Shown piece after piece: positions 18,498 through 28,819 of a stretch of 64,000 bases of DNA. The notes under the pieces are model-generated. The model did not search any database. It had not been told where the DNA came from and saw only the letters and a program-made list of their open reading frames with translations. The DNA is from a virus (lineage: Duplodnaviria > Caudoviricetes): positions 1,407 through 65,406 of the IMG/VR virus record IMGVR_UViG_3300031994_000097; one strand, written 5' to 3'. The position numbers and the translations under genes are program-made. The stretch's first letter is position 1. Each line of letters starts with the position of its first letter.

Positions 18498-18757
18498 TCC
18501 GCTATCTCCTTCTTTGTGAAATAATAAGTTGTATTCATCGTTCCTAATGTTAGGTGATTATCATTGTTATCTATTGCCACCACATTACTTGTGAAAAATC
18601 CACTATAATCATCATCTTGACACAAAACAATACACGGCTGATTAAATTCGACCTCGGCAATTAAATAATCTCTATTAATGCGATTTTTATCAAGTTTAGT
18701 TAAACTAGTATTATCTTTATGCTTAATCTTAATTAAATGATATTTATAGTGTTTCAT
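18494..18757 (-). CDS. hypothetical protein
   Basis: GGAG RBS; TMNTTYYF C-terminal pattern. Confidence 0.65.
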   Translation of the reverse strand: MKHYKYHLIKIKHKDNTSLTKLDKNRINRDYLIAEVEFNQPCIVLCQDDDYSGFFTSNVVAIDNNDNHLTLGTMNTTYYFTKKEIAE

Positions 18758-18950
18758 TATCACTCCATTCCTCACTTCCTTCTATAACACAAGAATATAC
18801 GTTATCCTTAGTGTTCAAGTGATAAGCATGACCATGTGGTGCTTTAGTAATCTTACCTTTTTTATTTAGCTTCTTTAATGCTTCAAGAGCTGAATCGGCT
18901 TCGATAAATATCGGATTACTTGGATTGTTATAATCTATTATCTTCCTCAT
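18744..18950 (-). CDS. hypothetical protein
   Basis: ATGA overlap with upstream gene, GGAGG RBS. Confidence 0.65.
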   Translation of the reverse strand: MRKIIDYNNPSNPIFIEADSALEALKKLNKKGKITKAPHGHAYHLNTKDNVYSCVIEGSEEWSDNETL

Positions 18951-19231
18951 TCATCGTCCTCCACATAACAAAACATAGCCGATTTCTCTTTATTAATTAC
19001 AAGCTCTGTTAATGTCAATGTTAAGATTTCGACCATTTCAATATCTCTTTCAACATCGGAAAAAATCTCATCAATTAAAAGAGCTAAATCCCTTTTCTTT
19101 ATAATATAATCGAAGTCTGAGCCATCTACAAACTTATAGTCGATATTTGAGTTAGTGATATATTCCCATAGCTCTTTGGACTGCTGATTATTAAGTTTAA
19201 GAACGGCTTCTGCGGTAGAAATTTTAAGCAT
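18947..19231 (-). CDS. hypothetical protein
   Basis: AAGGAGG RBS. Confidence 0.75.
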   Translation of the reverse strand: MLKISTAEAVLKLNNQQSKELWEYITNSNIDYKFVDGSDFDYIIKKRDLALLIDEIFSDVERDIEMVEILTLTLTELVINKEKSAMFCYVEDDE

Positions 19232-19517
19232 TATTTTAATATCCTCCTTAGTTGTTCAATTATACATTCATACACACCTATTTGCCCTTGCAACATTCTT
19301 ACTGAATCTCTAAGGTCAAGATTACTTGGGTCTGACCTATATTCAGCGAAATCAGTAGTAAGTTGCTTATTGCACTCATTTAAATCATTTTCATACTTTA
19401 ATAACAACTCTTCTATTTTTTGCTTCGTATTATCTACCTCCTATCATTATATATTTGACGATTTTATAAGGGTGACGAATCCTTATGTTGTTATTATATA
19501 TTGCTTAAAGAGATATG

Positions 19518-20372
19518 TCAAGATATTTTTATGAGAAAATCTATACAATCTGATAAAAGGTTCTTATCATAGTCTTTAAGATTCCCACGCTTAGAGTTCT
19601 TAATCTTCTTGCAGACCTCTTTATTCATATCTTGTAGTTGAACCTCGTTCTTTAATCCCTCTCGATTAAGAATCAGTTCATAATCATTATATACGAAACT
19701 CCATCCTATTTCTTTACACGCATCTCTATTAATGGCTTTGCGCTGAAAATAATTACAATCTTCCCATTTAGATATATTGTATTTATTTTTCATTATATTA
19801 CGTGCTATAGATAAATAGGTTTCTATTTGGTCATTACTTGCTTGATATTTAGTAGTACATAATCTACCGTTATCGGCTTTAGTTATTATACCATACATCA
19901 TTATATCGGTTTTCTTGATTAAAAGCTCGCTTTCTAGCTGTCTAAATGTCGATTTAAGCATATCATTAAGTAGAGGGTAAACGTCCGAATAAAAGCCTTC
20001 TAGTACAGTTTTAGGCAGAGTTGTGGACTGTAGTATTTTAGACTTTTCCTCGTTCATCTCATTATATGCAAAGTATTTATATTTAGAATTGATTAAATAA
20101 AACATTTCTAAAAAACCTTTAGTGTCCGTTCTTATAGAATTAGTTGGCGACTGTGCTAACTGATTGCATATAATAGAACGTAAGAGCTTGGGGCAATCTG
20201 TTAATTGGGTTAAATCGGCTTTTTCATCTATGGTTAATGGACGGATTACCTCATATTGATTATTACCGACTTTAGTTATAAGATATTGTTTCTGTAATTT
20301 AGATAGACTACGATTAGGATGATTAGCGTCATATTCTATCTGATATTGATTACATAATTGTTTGATGTTCAT
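19518..20372 (-). CDS. unknown phage protein, probable paralog of 20350-21324
   Basis: Similar N-terminus (IKQLC...LSKLQKQYLITKVGNNQY) and overall layout. Confidence 0.75.
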   Translation of the reverse strand: MNIKQLCNQYQIEYDANHPNRSLSKLQKQYLITKVGNNQYEVIRPLTIDEKADLTQLTDCPKLLRSIICNQLAQSPTNSIRTDTKGFLEMFYLINSKYKYFAYNEMNEEKSKILQSTTLPKTVLEGFYSDVYPLLNDMLKSTFRQLESELLIKKTDIMMYGIITKADNGRLCTTKYQASNDQIETYLSIARNIMKNKYNISKWEDCNYFQRKAINRDACKEIGWSFVYNDYELILNREGLKNEVQLQDMNKEVCKKIKNSKRGNLKDYDKNLLSDCIDFLIKIS

Positions 20373-21324
20373 TCTTGCCTCCTAGATTATCAATGTATTC
20401 TTTAACAAATTGCTTATTTAAATAAGCCGTAATCTTCTTACTTATTTCCTTGGACTCTAACATTTGAGTCTGAATATTTTTATTAATCTTGTTGCTCTTA
20501 TGAAACTTTAATTCGTGTTTAACAGACTTTTTACCTACAATAAAATGGATTGCATTGGTGTAGTAATCATATCCGAAAGTTTCTTTTACTTTATCTAATA
20601 TATAATCATGATATTCTTTCTTTATTATCCTAGGTGCAAAATATAATTGTTTTTTTGATAATCCTAATCTATTCAAGGACTCATTTTTAATATCTAACAT
20701 AGTCGAGATTTCATCGACATTACAAATATGTTTAGGCTGTGATACATAAATATCACCTTGCTTGATAGGCTTTTTGTATAGTATAAATGACTCATTATAA
20801 GTAATCAAACCTTTTTGTGCCATTGATTTAATTGCATTATCAACATTCTGCTTTAATAATTTATTAGATATTTCAAAGAAACTATTAAGGCTTGAAAAGA
20901 TAATATCGTCCTTAGATAATTCTAATATATTATCTTCTATTGTGTCGAATTTGATAATTTCTTTAGTTCTGTCTGTATATATGTTGTTTTTACCAACGTG
21001 ATAATTGATATTTACCATATTAGTAATTTCATATATATCGTAATAGCTGATTGTAAGTTCTGTTCTTTGCATTAGGTCAAAGTAATATAAAAGTTTATCT
21101 GCAATATAAGAGGCGTATTTACCACTACATTCAATGAGGTTTAATTCTTCTGTTGAATATTTTTTCTTAATGTAGTATTTAGTGCCTATCTTATCAATAT
21201 CGTAAAACTGTTGCCATTTTGCTAGTTGTAATTGTCTACCCTTTGAGCCACTTGTAGAGATTGGTTCATTCATTATGTCGCAGATTTCTTTATATTTTAA
21301 AGGTTTGTTATATATGTCGTCCAT
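20350..21324 (-). CDS. unknown phage protein, putative DNA-binding/replication related
   Basis: YKEICDIMNE..SGSKGRQLQLAKWQQFYDI N-terminus; AAAGGAG RBS; inverted repeat upstream. Confidence 0.75.
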   Translation of the reverse strand: MDDIYNKPLKYKEICDIMNEPISTSGSKGRQLQLAKWQQFYDIDKIGTKYYIKKKYSTEELNLIECSGKYASYIADKLLYYFDLMQRTELTISYYDIYEITNMVNINYHVGKNNIYTDRTKEIIKFDTIEDNILELSKDDIIFSSLNSFFEISNKLLKQNVDNAIKSMAQKGLITYNESFILYKKPIKQGDIYVSQPKHICNVDEISTMLDIKNESLNRLGLSKKQLYFAPRIIKKEYHDYILDKVKETFGYDYYTNAIHFIVGKKSVKHELKFHKSNKINKNIQTQMLESKEISKKITAYLNKQFVKEYIDNLGGKNEHQTIM

Positions 21325-22252
21325 TGTACTCCTTTCTATGATTTTAAATTTTTGTACCTAAATTTGATAATAGGATATATATATTATCAAAAAGAGGTAC
21401 AAATTTTTCATATCGTTTAATTTTTTAGTTTTGGCTTAATAATATCAGAAGATGGATAAAATTACAATTGTGCAAATTGCATAAAAGGATTGGGTTGATT
21501 TTGTGGATAATTGATAATGATATGGGAGATTGGGATAGTTACATTTACTGTCAACCACCTTTGTAAAAAATTCACATTCCCCTACAAAAATTTCACAATC
21601 ACTACCATTTATCCCATATAATTCATTAAAATTTAATCATTCATAATCATATTTTTCACAATCTATTTCTGTGCTACAAGCTATATTATATTGAATACAT
21701 ATATTTAAATATATCTACCCTATTGTATTTAAATCTATCCCCTATATTTATTTAAATATATTCCCTATTATTAACTATATTTATTATATGTATATTATGT
21801 ATATGTATATGTATGTATCATCTATATATTATCATCTATATCTATTATCCTATGTATATTTGATTAGATTGAGGGTGGGGGGAGAGTTTGGGAGAGGTTT
21901 AACGTAGGGGGTTGACAATATTATTTGATTTCAGTCAAATAACTTGGTTAAAAATATGTATAATATTACATAAATATTACGTACTTTATTACATAATTGT
22001 TAACTATATCTTAACAATTTAATTACTAAATTTGATTTAAATCAAATAAAAAAGACAAGATGTTTAATCTTGTCTTTCTAACTATATCCATTATTCAATT
22101 ATTCAATTTTCGTTCTAATGACATACTTATAAGCCAATCCATAATCGCCATACCAATATAGTAAGTATCTTTATTATACATACCAAACATTAAATCCAAA
22201 ATCGACAATATCATTGCCAACACATAAATTGTTTTTCTAAACTTATCCACTA

Positions 22253-22441
22253 TTATTTCCCTTTAGCGCATTGATTATCTTTTTTTGACAAGCAACCACA
22301 AACGCAAATAAGCTGTATTTGATGTATCACTTCATCTGATAAATAACCTTTCTCTATTGCATCAATAATTATTTTTACAGTTTCTTCTCTCGTCTTGTTT
22401 TTAAATTTAATCTCTCTGCCATCAACAGTTATCATCTTCAT
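22253..22441 (-). CDS. hypothetical protein
   Basis: Tightly packed operon. Confidence 0.55.
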   Translation of the reverse strand: MKMITVDGREIKFKNKTREETVKIIIDAIEKGYLSDEVIHQIQLICVCGCLSKKDNQCAKGK

Positions 22442-22688
22442 TACCTTTCAAATCATTGATTTTATCTCTAATCAACCTCTGCACCTTTGCAACTTCAAGA
22501 TTGTAAGATGCTGACTCGTCAATCTGTAAATCCAAGTCCTCTAGTATAGCCACCATATCAGCCTTTAATCTAGCTTTATAATCAAGTTCAAGCATCCTAC
22601 GTTCTTTAGCTTGTTGTTCAATTTGTGCTTTAAGAATTTTAGCATCTTTCTTGCTTAAATAATCTGTATCAATAAAAAACATCTTCAT
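22422..22688 (-). CDS. hypothetical protein
   Basis: AAGGAG RBS before ATG 22688. Confidence 0.65.
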   Translation of the reverse strand: MKMFFIDTDYLSKKDAKILKAQIEQQAKERRMLELDYKARLKADMVAILEDLDLQIDESASYNLEVAKVQRLIRDKINDLKGNEDDNC

Positions 22689-22938
22689 TCTCCTTGTATT
22701 GATTGATACGATGCATAATATCACTCTTAGAACCTTCAAAATTTTCTATATTTGCTTTATATCTCGCTTCTCCAAGCTCTAGTAACAACTCTGCAATTAC
22801 ATCTGTCATTTTAGCCTTTAAATGGTCATAATCATCTCGTAGTGCTATATATTCTTCATTAAGACGAGTATAATCTTCTTGTAAAATCTTAAATTTCAAT
22901 CCCTCATCAAATGACAATCCTTCTACTAATTGTATCAT
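22669..22938 (-). CDS. hypothetical protein
   Basis: ORF track; resembles neighbour (LKA.M..I..L). Confidence 0.65.
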   Translation of the reverse strand: MIQLVEGLSFDEGLKFKILQEDYTRLNEEYIALRDDYDHLKAKMTDVIAELLLELGEARYKANIENFEGSKSDIMHRINQYKENEDVFY

Positions 22939-23057
22939 CTACTCTCTTAATTCTATATATTCATCTATAAGGTCTAATATCTTATCCAGAGCATCAATAC
23001 TAATTTCTCCAAGAATACAATCTATTTCACCACCATAGAATATTGGTGATTTAATCA

Positions 23058-23279
23058 TTATCCCCATTCGATTACCTGTTTAATTTTCTCTATAATCTCT
23101 TCATCTGTATAGTGAAGTTTCATATAGGTTTTCCTATTTTCTATCAAATATTCTATCTTCTGATATTTACGCATGGTATCGATTGCTTTTTTAAATGCTT
23201 GATTAGCTCTCATATAACCGAAAGTATTTTTCTTTAAAATCTCAAACTCAGAGATTGTCTCATCAATCGACATTCCCAT
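23058..23279 (-). CDS. hypothetical protein
   Basis: GAGGTG RBS. Confidence 0.65.
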   Translation of the reverse strand: MGMSIDETISEFEILKKNTFGYMRANQAFKKAIDTMRKYQKIEYLIENRKTYMKLHYTDEEIIEKIKQVIEWG

Positions 23280-23397
23280 CTTCTAACACCTCTTTAAGTA
23301 AATGTAATATCATAATCGCAAATGCTGTTGTTGTTACTGCCGCACCAATCAATATAATTACTTCTAAAATATTGACAAACGTTTCCATAATCCACTC

Positions 23398-23625
23398 CTA
23401 TTCTATAAAGACATAACTTATTAGCCATTCATAAAAACTAAAGCCGATAATAAAAAGTACTGTCATAAATATAAACGTAAAACTACTCATTTTTATATTG
23501 TCGCAAAAATCTAAAATATCATCGGAAATATGTTCTTTGAATACTTCAATACAATCTCTTACTGTTGAATATAACCACAATATCCAAAGTATAATTAAAA
23601 TAATTATCCACAGATACTTGAACAT
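23398..23625 (-). CDS. small membrane protein
   Basis: Two hydrophobic segments; GAGGT RBS. Confidence 0.65.
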   Translation of the reverse strand: MFKYLWIIILIILWILWLYSTVRDCIEVFKEHISDDILDFCDNIKMSSFTFIFMTVLFIIGFSFYEWLISYVFIE

Positions 23626-23783
23626 TTATCTTACCTCTCACTTCCAAAAAAGTCTAGTTAAAATATTTAAATCACTTGCTATACATATTGCAAGTACGAT
23701 AGACTGAGCATCTGCTGATACATTAAATAAATCAGTAAAAATAGATACAATTGAAATCGCCCATAAAAATAACGTTAACATAT

Positions 23784-23990
23784 TTATTCCTCCCACTCTA
23801 TTTTTCTCACATGACTTACTTTAAATGATATATGATTGATATAAAAATAATCTGGCTTACGAAAATCGTACTTTTCTGAGAATTCATCAACATATCCTAA
23901 TGTTCCGTATATCATGCTTTCTCTATCTTTAAAATATACAGTAACCTTTTTGCCAACGAATTTCATTAAATCTGCCTTGGTCATTTTCAA
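23784..23990 (-). CDS. hypothetical protein (Sm-like beta pattern)
   Basis: FVGKKVTVYFKD..IYGTL. Confidence 0.65.
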   Translation of the reverse strand: MKMTKADLMKFVGKKVTVYFKDRESMIYGTLGYVDEFSEKYDFRKPDYFYINHISFKVSHVRKIEWEE

Positions 23991-24250
23991 TCCTCACTTC
24001 CCATTATAACCGCTTCGGCTTCTTCGTATGTTGGATAGCACTTATCAGCATAATGAATATACATATCTACTCCATCTTCTTCTAGTGTTTCTTCACACAT
24101 TCTATGAAGTTGGCTTACAATAGGATAACCCATATATTCTGCTACGCCAATGATGAATTGCCCTTGTCGTGCTACAAAGATATATCCCGCAACATCACCA
24201 TAACCATCTTCTGTATAATACGTATCGCCTAACTTTAAATTACTTACCAT
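23987..24250 (-). CDS. hypothetical protein
   Basis: GAGGT RBS. Confidence 0.7.
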   Translation of the reverse strand: MVSNLKLGDTYYTEDGYGDVAGYIFVARQGQFIIGVAEYMGYPIVSQLHRMCEETLEEDGVDMYIHYADKCYPTYEEAEAVIMGSED

Positions 24251-24355
24251 TTCTAACCTCTCCTTCCAATCTTAACCATTTTCTATGTGAGTATTCCCAC
24301 TTCTTTATCATATATCAAAGTCTTAAATTTAGCAAGAACTTTTTAATCATTTATT

Positions 24356-24622
24356 TTACCTCTCATTTTTATATTTGTCAATAATTTGTAATATATCAGC
24401 AATATCTCCTACTTGATACCATTTTCCACCATAATCTGAGTCATATTCACATATAGAACACTGTCCATATTTAGTTTCGATTTCTGCTCTTAGCTTATCA
24501 AGTATAGACTCTTGCTCAACCTCTCTATCAAGTGGTTTAGTCATTTCATCATATTCGCCTAAAGTGATTTTGTCATTATTGATTAGTCTTGTGGCTTTAT
24601 AAAACAATTCTCTATATGTCAT
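24356..24622 (-). CDS. hypothetical protein
   Basis: EQESILDKLRAEI...IIDKYK module. Confidence 0.65.
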   Translation of the reverse strand: MTYRELFYKATRLINNDKITLGEYDEMTKPLDREVEQESILDKLRAEIETKYGQCSICEYDSDYGGKWYQVGDIADILQIIDKYKNER

Positions 24623-24974
24623 TTTCCACCACACTATATGCCTTTGGCAATGGCATCCATGCTATCGGCTTTTGCACTACCCAATCCAAGTCCATCCAAT
24701 CCTTATAACTATTTGGGTTTTCTGCTTTAGATTTTCTGTTACCCCAATATCTGCTTACACCATAGTTCCCGTGATTTCCCCAAACTAACACATAATCACT
24801 CGGCTCAACATATCCATCATCACATATAAACTCTTCGGGCAACCTCTCACTAACAGTAATCCATCTTGGCTCTTGCTCTAGGGCTTTGACGACATAATCC
24901 CTACATTCTTTTGATAATCCATTGGGATAGTTCTCGTAATTTTTAACTTCCTCTATTACCTCTTCTCTTGTCAT
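24612..24974 (-). CDS. DUF551-domain protein
   Basis: WITVSERLPE...IAWMPLPKAY. Confidence 0.8.
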   Translation of the reverse strand: MTREEVIEEVKNYENYPNGLSKECRDYVVKALEQEPRWITVSERLPEEFICDDGYVEPSDYVLVWGNHGNYGVSRYWGNRKSKAENPNSYKDWMDLDWVVQKPIAWMPLPKAYSVVENDI

Positions 24975-25243
24975 TCTTCTACCTCTCTCATATCTGCCTT
25001 ATCTCTTAACATTTCCACAAATGTGTCTATGCCATCTTCGTCCACTTCTCCACACATAAAATCATCAAATACCTCCATTACATCATCAATGGATAGATAA
25101 CCTTTTCTTGGCTCTTTGTATTCTGCGTTCCACCAATCAAGACTAAACCACACTCCATTATCAATATTAGTAAGCACTGTATTGTCTATGACTTCATATT
25201 CCAGATTCGGAAATATCTCTTCTAATTTTTCTCCGTTTGTCAT
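24971..25243 (-). CDS. hypothetical protein
   Basis: GAGGT RBS; TTGACG..TATAAT promoter at ~25274-25302. Confidence 0.75.
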   Translation of the reverse strand: MTNGEKLEEIFPNLEYEVIDNTVLTNIDNGVWFSLDWWNAEYKEPRKGYLSIDDVMEVFDDFMCGEVDEDGIDTFVEMLRDKADMREVEE

Positions 25244-25352
25244 TCTTCTACCTCTCTTTTATTTGATAAGTTAATTATACTAAATATTTACACATTCGTC
25301 AACGCTTATTTTATAAAAAAGAGAATCATTTATACGATGACTCTCTTAATTA

Positions 25353-25574
25353 CTACTTTATTCTTATCTCTCCATCTTTTTTCGGCATTTTTACTTCAAT
25401 TAGATTAAACATTTCGCCACAGTAATCACATCTATATGGTTCAATTACTATATCACTTGGGTACAAATAATCACTAATTGATTTACTCTCGATTATAATA
25501 TCTCGATATGATATTTCTTTATTTATCAATGCTCCACACTTACCACAATGAGGCTTATATTCTATTTTTGTCAT
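25353..25574 (-). CDS. zinc-ribbon protein
   Basis: CGKCG...CDYCG. Confidence 0.7.
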   Translation of the reverse strand: MTKIEYKPHCGKCGALINKEISYRDIIIESKSISDYLYPSDIVIEPYRCDYCGEMFNLIEVKMPKKDGEIRIK

Positions 25575-25669
25575 ACTACCTCACTTTCTATGCTTATATA
25601 CCCATACTGCAAATGCAATTGACAATCCGAACAATGTTCCACCTACAAAACCTACCAAATAGATTGCTA

Positions 25670-25915
25670 TTAGCTCTGACATATTTCCTCACTTTCCTTA
25701 TCTGATTCTATGATTGTTGGTACATCGTCTATTGTTTTATGACTAAATAAGGCTTTCACTACTGCACGTTCTTCTACCAACCTGTCATGCCCTTTAGGAA
25801 GGGGTGTACCGTTTTTAATTACTTCTTCAGCATAATTGCTTGCACCATTTTTATTTATTATTTTGACATAATCTTCATCTATATCAATTAACATCTGCAT
25901 ATCATTATTTCTCAC
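25670..25915 (-). CDS. hypothetical protein
   Basis: IKNGTPLPKGH..DDVPTIIE pattern. Confidence 0.65.
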   Translation of the reverse strand: MRNNDMQMLIDIDEDYVKIINKNGASNYAEEVIKNGTPLPKGHDRLVEERAVVKALFSHKTIDDVPTIIESDKESEEICQS

Positions 25916-26219
25916 TTTCTATTTTATCAATAATTGCCGCAATCTTAATCATACAATTATAAGAAATATAATCTGAATATGTATCATTATTCCATTCATC
26001 AACGATTGACTTTATCTCGTTTAATTCACTACGGCATTTAAGTAATTTGTCAATAGCATCATTACGCTCTTTTACTACTTGATTATAGTTATCACTCCTA
26101 GTGCTTTCTTTTCCTTCTTTATATCCTAAGTCATAACCTTGATTAAAAGCATGACGGACTCTATTCTCTATACTGAGTAAATCTGCTTTGATTAATTTTT
26201 CTTTTTCTATATAACTCAT
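25905..26219 (-). CDS. hypothetical protein
   Basis: GAGG RBS. Confidence 0.7.
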   Translation of the reverse strand: MSYIEKEKLIKADLLSIENRVRHAFNQGYDLGYKEGKESTRSDNYNQVVKERNDAIDKLLKCRSELNEIKSIVDEWNNDTYSDYISYNCMIKIAAIIDKIESEK

Positions 26220-26223
26220 TCCT

Positions 26224-26469
26224 CTACCTCTTTAAATCATATGAAAGTCTTTGCATAAAAATAATGGTGGGATAAATTTCATCCTCACAGCTGTAATTAT
26301 TTTCAGCATTACCAAATTCATATTTGACAATCTTAACATTCTTTTTTATTAGTTCTCGAATTTCTTCTTCGGTAGGATATTTAGATTCAAATTCAACAAA
26401 TTTAGTTTTACGTGTCTTATTATCACGTTCATACTCGTATTCAAGTGTTACTAACCATTTACTTCTCAT
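26224..26469 (-). CDS. hypothetical protein
   Basis: GGAGGT RBS; upstream TTGACA. Confidence 0.7.
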   Translation of the reverse strand: MRSKWLVTLEYEYERDNKTRKTKFVEFESKYPTEEEIRELIKKNVKIVKYEFGNAENNYSCEDEIYPTIIFMQRLSYDLKR

Positions 26470-26771
26470 TTGTTTACCTCCAAATTTATTTTGATATATT
26501 AATCTTACAATTCTTCCATCATACTGTCAAGTTCTTTTTTCTGTTTTCTACGAAAATCTCTTCTAGCCTTACGTTTCCACCAATGCCATGCTTTACGATT
26601 GTTCTTCACCCAACAAGCAAAATTTCTATCAAACTTATCCTCAAATGTTTCTTTTTTATGGATATTTCCTTTATGCATTTTCAATACCTCCTTAACATAT
26701 AATTATTATATTATATGTTTACACCAATGTCAATATTATTATAATAAAAAATAAGTAGGTTATTCACCTAC

Positions 26772-26945
26772 TTATCTGTTATATTTCCATAAATCGATTA
26801 TATTATCGCACTGAGGACACTTTATCGTTCTCTCGGGGTCACGTTGGTCACCATAATTAATATCACTATTCTCAAAGCTAAACAAGCACCCACATACTTC
26901 ACATTCTACTGTCTGCTTAGTACCTTTTCTAATAATCTTAATCAT
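26772..26945 (-). CDS. 57-aa zinc-ribbon protein (not in ORF track)
   Basis: MIKIIRKGTKQTVECEVCGC...KCPQCD; ATGA overlap. Confidence 0.7.
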   Translation of the reverse strand: MIKIIRKGTKQTVECEVCGCLFSFENSDINYGDQRDPERTIKCPQCDNIIDLWKYNR

Positions 26946-27211
26946 TTCTTTCTGCCTTTCTTTAATTTATTGTAATCATCTTCTAACAAGATTTTCTTAC
27001 CATAATCTTTAAAGTGAGTATAATACACAGGACAATATGCGGCTTGATGAAAAACACCATCATACCCAAATGAGATAATTCTTTCTTTAAACCAATTATT
27101 AGGATTATCACCACGTATGCAATTAACGTCCTTTACATAAACCATCTGACCAATTCTCGCCCATGATGGTAACTCAATTGTCATATTATCCATAGTTGTT
27201 TCCTTTCGCAT
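26942..27211 (-). CDS. hypothetical protein
   Basis: AAAGGA RBS (true start probably 27193). Confidence 0.7.
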   Translation of the reverse strand: MRKETTMDNMTIELPSWARIGQMVYVKDVNCIRGDNPNNWFKERIISFGYDGVFHQAAYCPVYYTHFKDYGKKILLEDDYNKLKKGRKK

Positions 27212-27224
27212 TTATTAATTAAGA

Positions 27225-27359
27225 AAGTATAGGTAAGGATTTGCACCTTACAATTGTCCGATTCTCCCACACACGGTAACCCAATCAAAACCTGTTTTTG
27301 GAAACACTGGCTCCTGTTTTACTTGATTTAGGAGCGTCTACCTATTCCGCCACTATACT
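27225..27359 (-). ncRNA. tRNA-Leu-like RNA with enlarged (~82 nt) anticodon/variable region
   Basis: AGTATAG/CTATACT acceptor, TGGCGGAATAGGTAGACGC D-arm, GTAAGG-TGCAAAT-CCTTAC T-arm. Confidence 0.6.
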
Positions 27360-27364
27360 TATAG

Positions 27365-27436
27365 CTGGACTAGTGGGATTTGAACCCACGCATCAAGGAG
27401 TCAAAATCCTCAGTCTTACCACTTGGCTATAGTCCA
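27365..27436 (-). tRNA. tRNA-Gln(TTG), CCA not encoded
   Basis: TGGACTA/TAGTCCA acceptor, GAGGA-TTTTGAC-TCCTT anticodon arm, GTGGGTTCAAATCCCAC T-arm. Confidence 0.9.
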
Positions 27437-27479
27437 TTAAATGTAGCCTTTACTTGACTACATTTACATCTTATCATAT

Positions 27480-28274
27480 CTAACATTGAAAGTCAAGATA
27501 TACTTTAGATGATTTTTGCATTTTCTTCATGTTATCTATAGCTATATCAAAATACTTAATATCTTTCTCTATACCTATAAAATTTCTATTGGTATTCATA
27601 CAAGCCATTCCGCAAGTTCCTACACCCATACAGTTGTCTAATACTATATCGCCCTCATTACTATAAGTCTTAACTAACCACTCTAACAACTCTAAAGGCT
27701 TCTGAGTGGGATGCTGCTTATTCTTGCGATTAGGCACGACATTAAACTCTAATACATCACTAGGATTTACTAAGTTTGGGTCGTACTTAATATTCTGTTT
27801 ATCTATTGTATTAGGTATATGACTATTACCACTGCAATAATGATTATACTTATAGCAATCTTTTCTTTCACCTACTCTAGGCTTCATTATCGGATTATAG
27901 GTAGGTTTGATAGATATAGGATTGTTTTTCTTATTCTGAAATACTAATATTTCCTCATAATATTTCATAGGGCGATATTTAGCTTGATTCATTCCTGTAG
28001 GTACATTCTTTTTCCATATAAGTTTATATTTATATAAGTCACTCTGACTATTATAAAGTTTATATGTAAACTCTCCACTAGCAAACAATACGATATTAGC
28101 TTTATCTTTACAAATTCGTTTATATTCTTCCCACAACTTATTAAAATCTATAATATTATCCCATTTTTGAGCAGTCATACCATAAGGTAAATCACATATA
28201 ACACAATCTATTAAATCGTTAGGAATATCTTTTAGAACGTCAAAACAATCCGCATTATACGTCTGTATTGTCAT
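27480..28274 (-). CDS. orphan N6-adenine/N4-cytosine DNA methyltransferase (beta class)
   Basis: DLPY catalytic motif, HPTQKP, DNCMGVGT SAM-binding motif; no adjacent REase. Confidence 0.9.
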   Translation of the reverse strand: MTIQTYNADCFDVLKDIPNDLIDCVICDLPYGMTAQKWDNIIDFNKLWEEYKRICKDKANIVLFASGEFTYKLYNSQSDLYKYKLIWKKNVPTGMNQAKYRPMKYYEEILVFQNKKNNPISIKPTYNPIMKPRVGERKDCYKYNHYCSGNSHIPNTIDKQNIKYDPNLVNPSDVLEFNVVPNRKNKQHPTQKPLELLEWLVKTYSNEGDIVLDNCMGVGTCGMACMNTNRNFIGIEKDIKYFDIAIDNMKKMQKSSKVYLDFQC

Positions 28275-28482
28275 CTACTTCTACCTCTTCTGACTCAATA
28301 ATCGATGTTTTTCTACTGCCTTTAAGAAACTGAAACAAATTCATATCAGTGAGCTTCTTACAATCCTTATCTAATTGCTGATAATTGTATAACTCTTTCA
28401 ATATTGACTGCATATCTGTCTGTTCTTTAGGCTGATATATATTCTTTCCAAGAATAGGATGGAATAACTTAACAATTTCCAT
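28255..28482 (-). CDS. hypothetical protein
   Basis: GGAG RBS. Confidence 0.6.
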   Translation of the reverse strand: MEIVKLFHPILGKNIYQPKEQTDMQSILKELYNYQQLDKDCKKLTDMNLFQFLKGSRKTSIIESEEVEVDDNTDV

Positions 28483-28557
28483 TTTGTATTTTACTCTCCG
28501 TTTAATTGAGTAAACATCCGCATTACTTAATTGCTTTGCGGATGTTTACTTTAATTT

Positions 28558-28818
28558 TTATAGCTGTATTATTTTCTTATCGGTCTTACGATATACATCG
28601 ATATATACTTCTCTATCATCACCATTAAGAGTAAGCTCAAATATATCATCAGTAACTCTATTACCTAGAATATATTTTCTATTCTGTACAGTCTTACATG
28701 ACCATACGATAAATACATCCTCTTTATCTACTACGATACCATAATCTGACAAATAATTCATTACGTACAGTATAGCATATCGCTCATCAAACTTATTAGC
28801 TAAACTACTATCTACCAT
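28558..28818 (-). CDS. DUF6275-like protein
   Basis: VFIVWSCKTVQN.K...FELTLNGD..EVYIDVYRK. Confidence 0.75.
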   Translation of the reverse strand: MVDSSLANKFDERYAILYVMNYLSDYGIVVDKEDVFIVWSCKTVQNRKYILGNRVTDDIFELTLNGDDREVYIDVYRKTDKKIIQL

Positions 28819-28819
28819 A

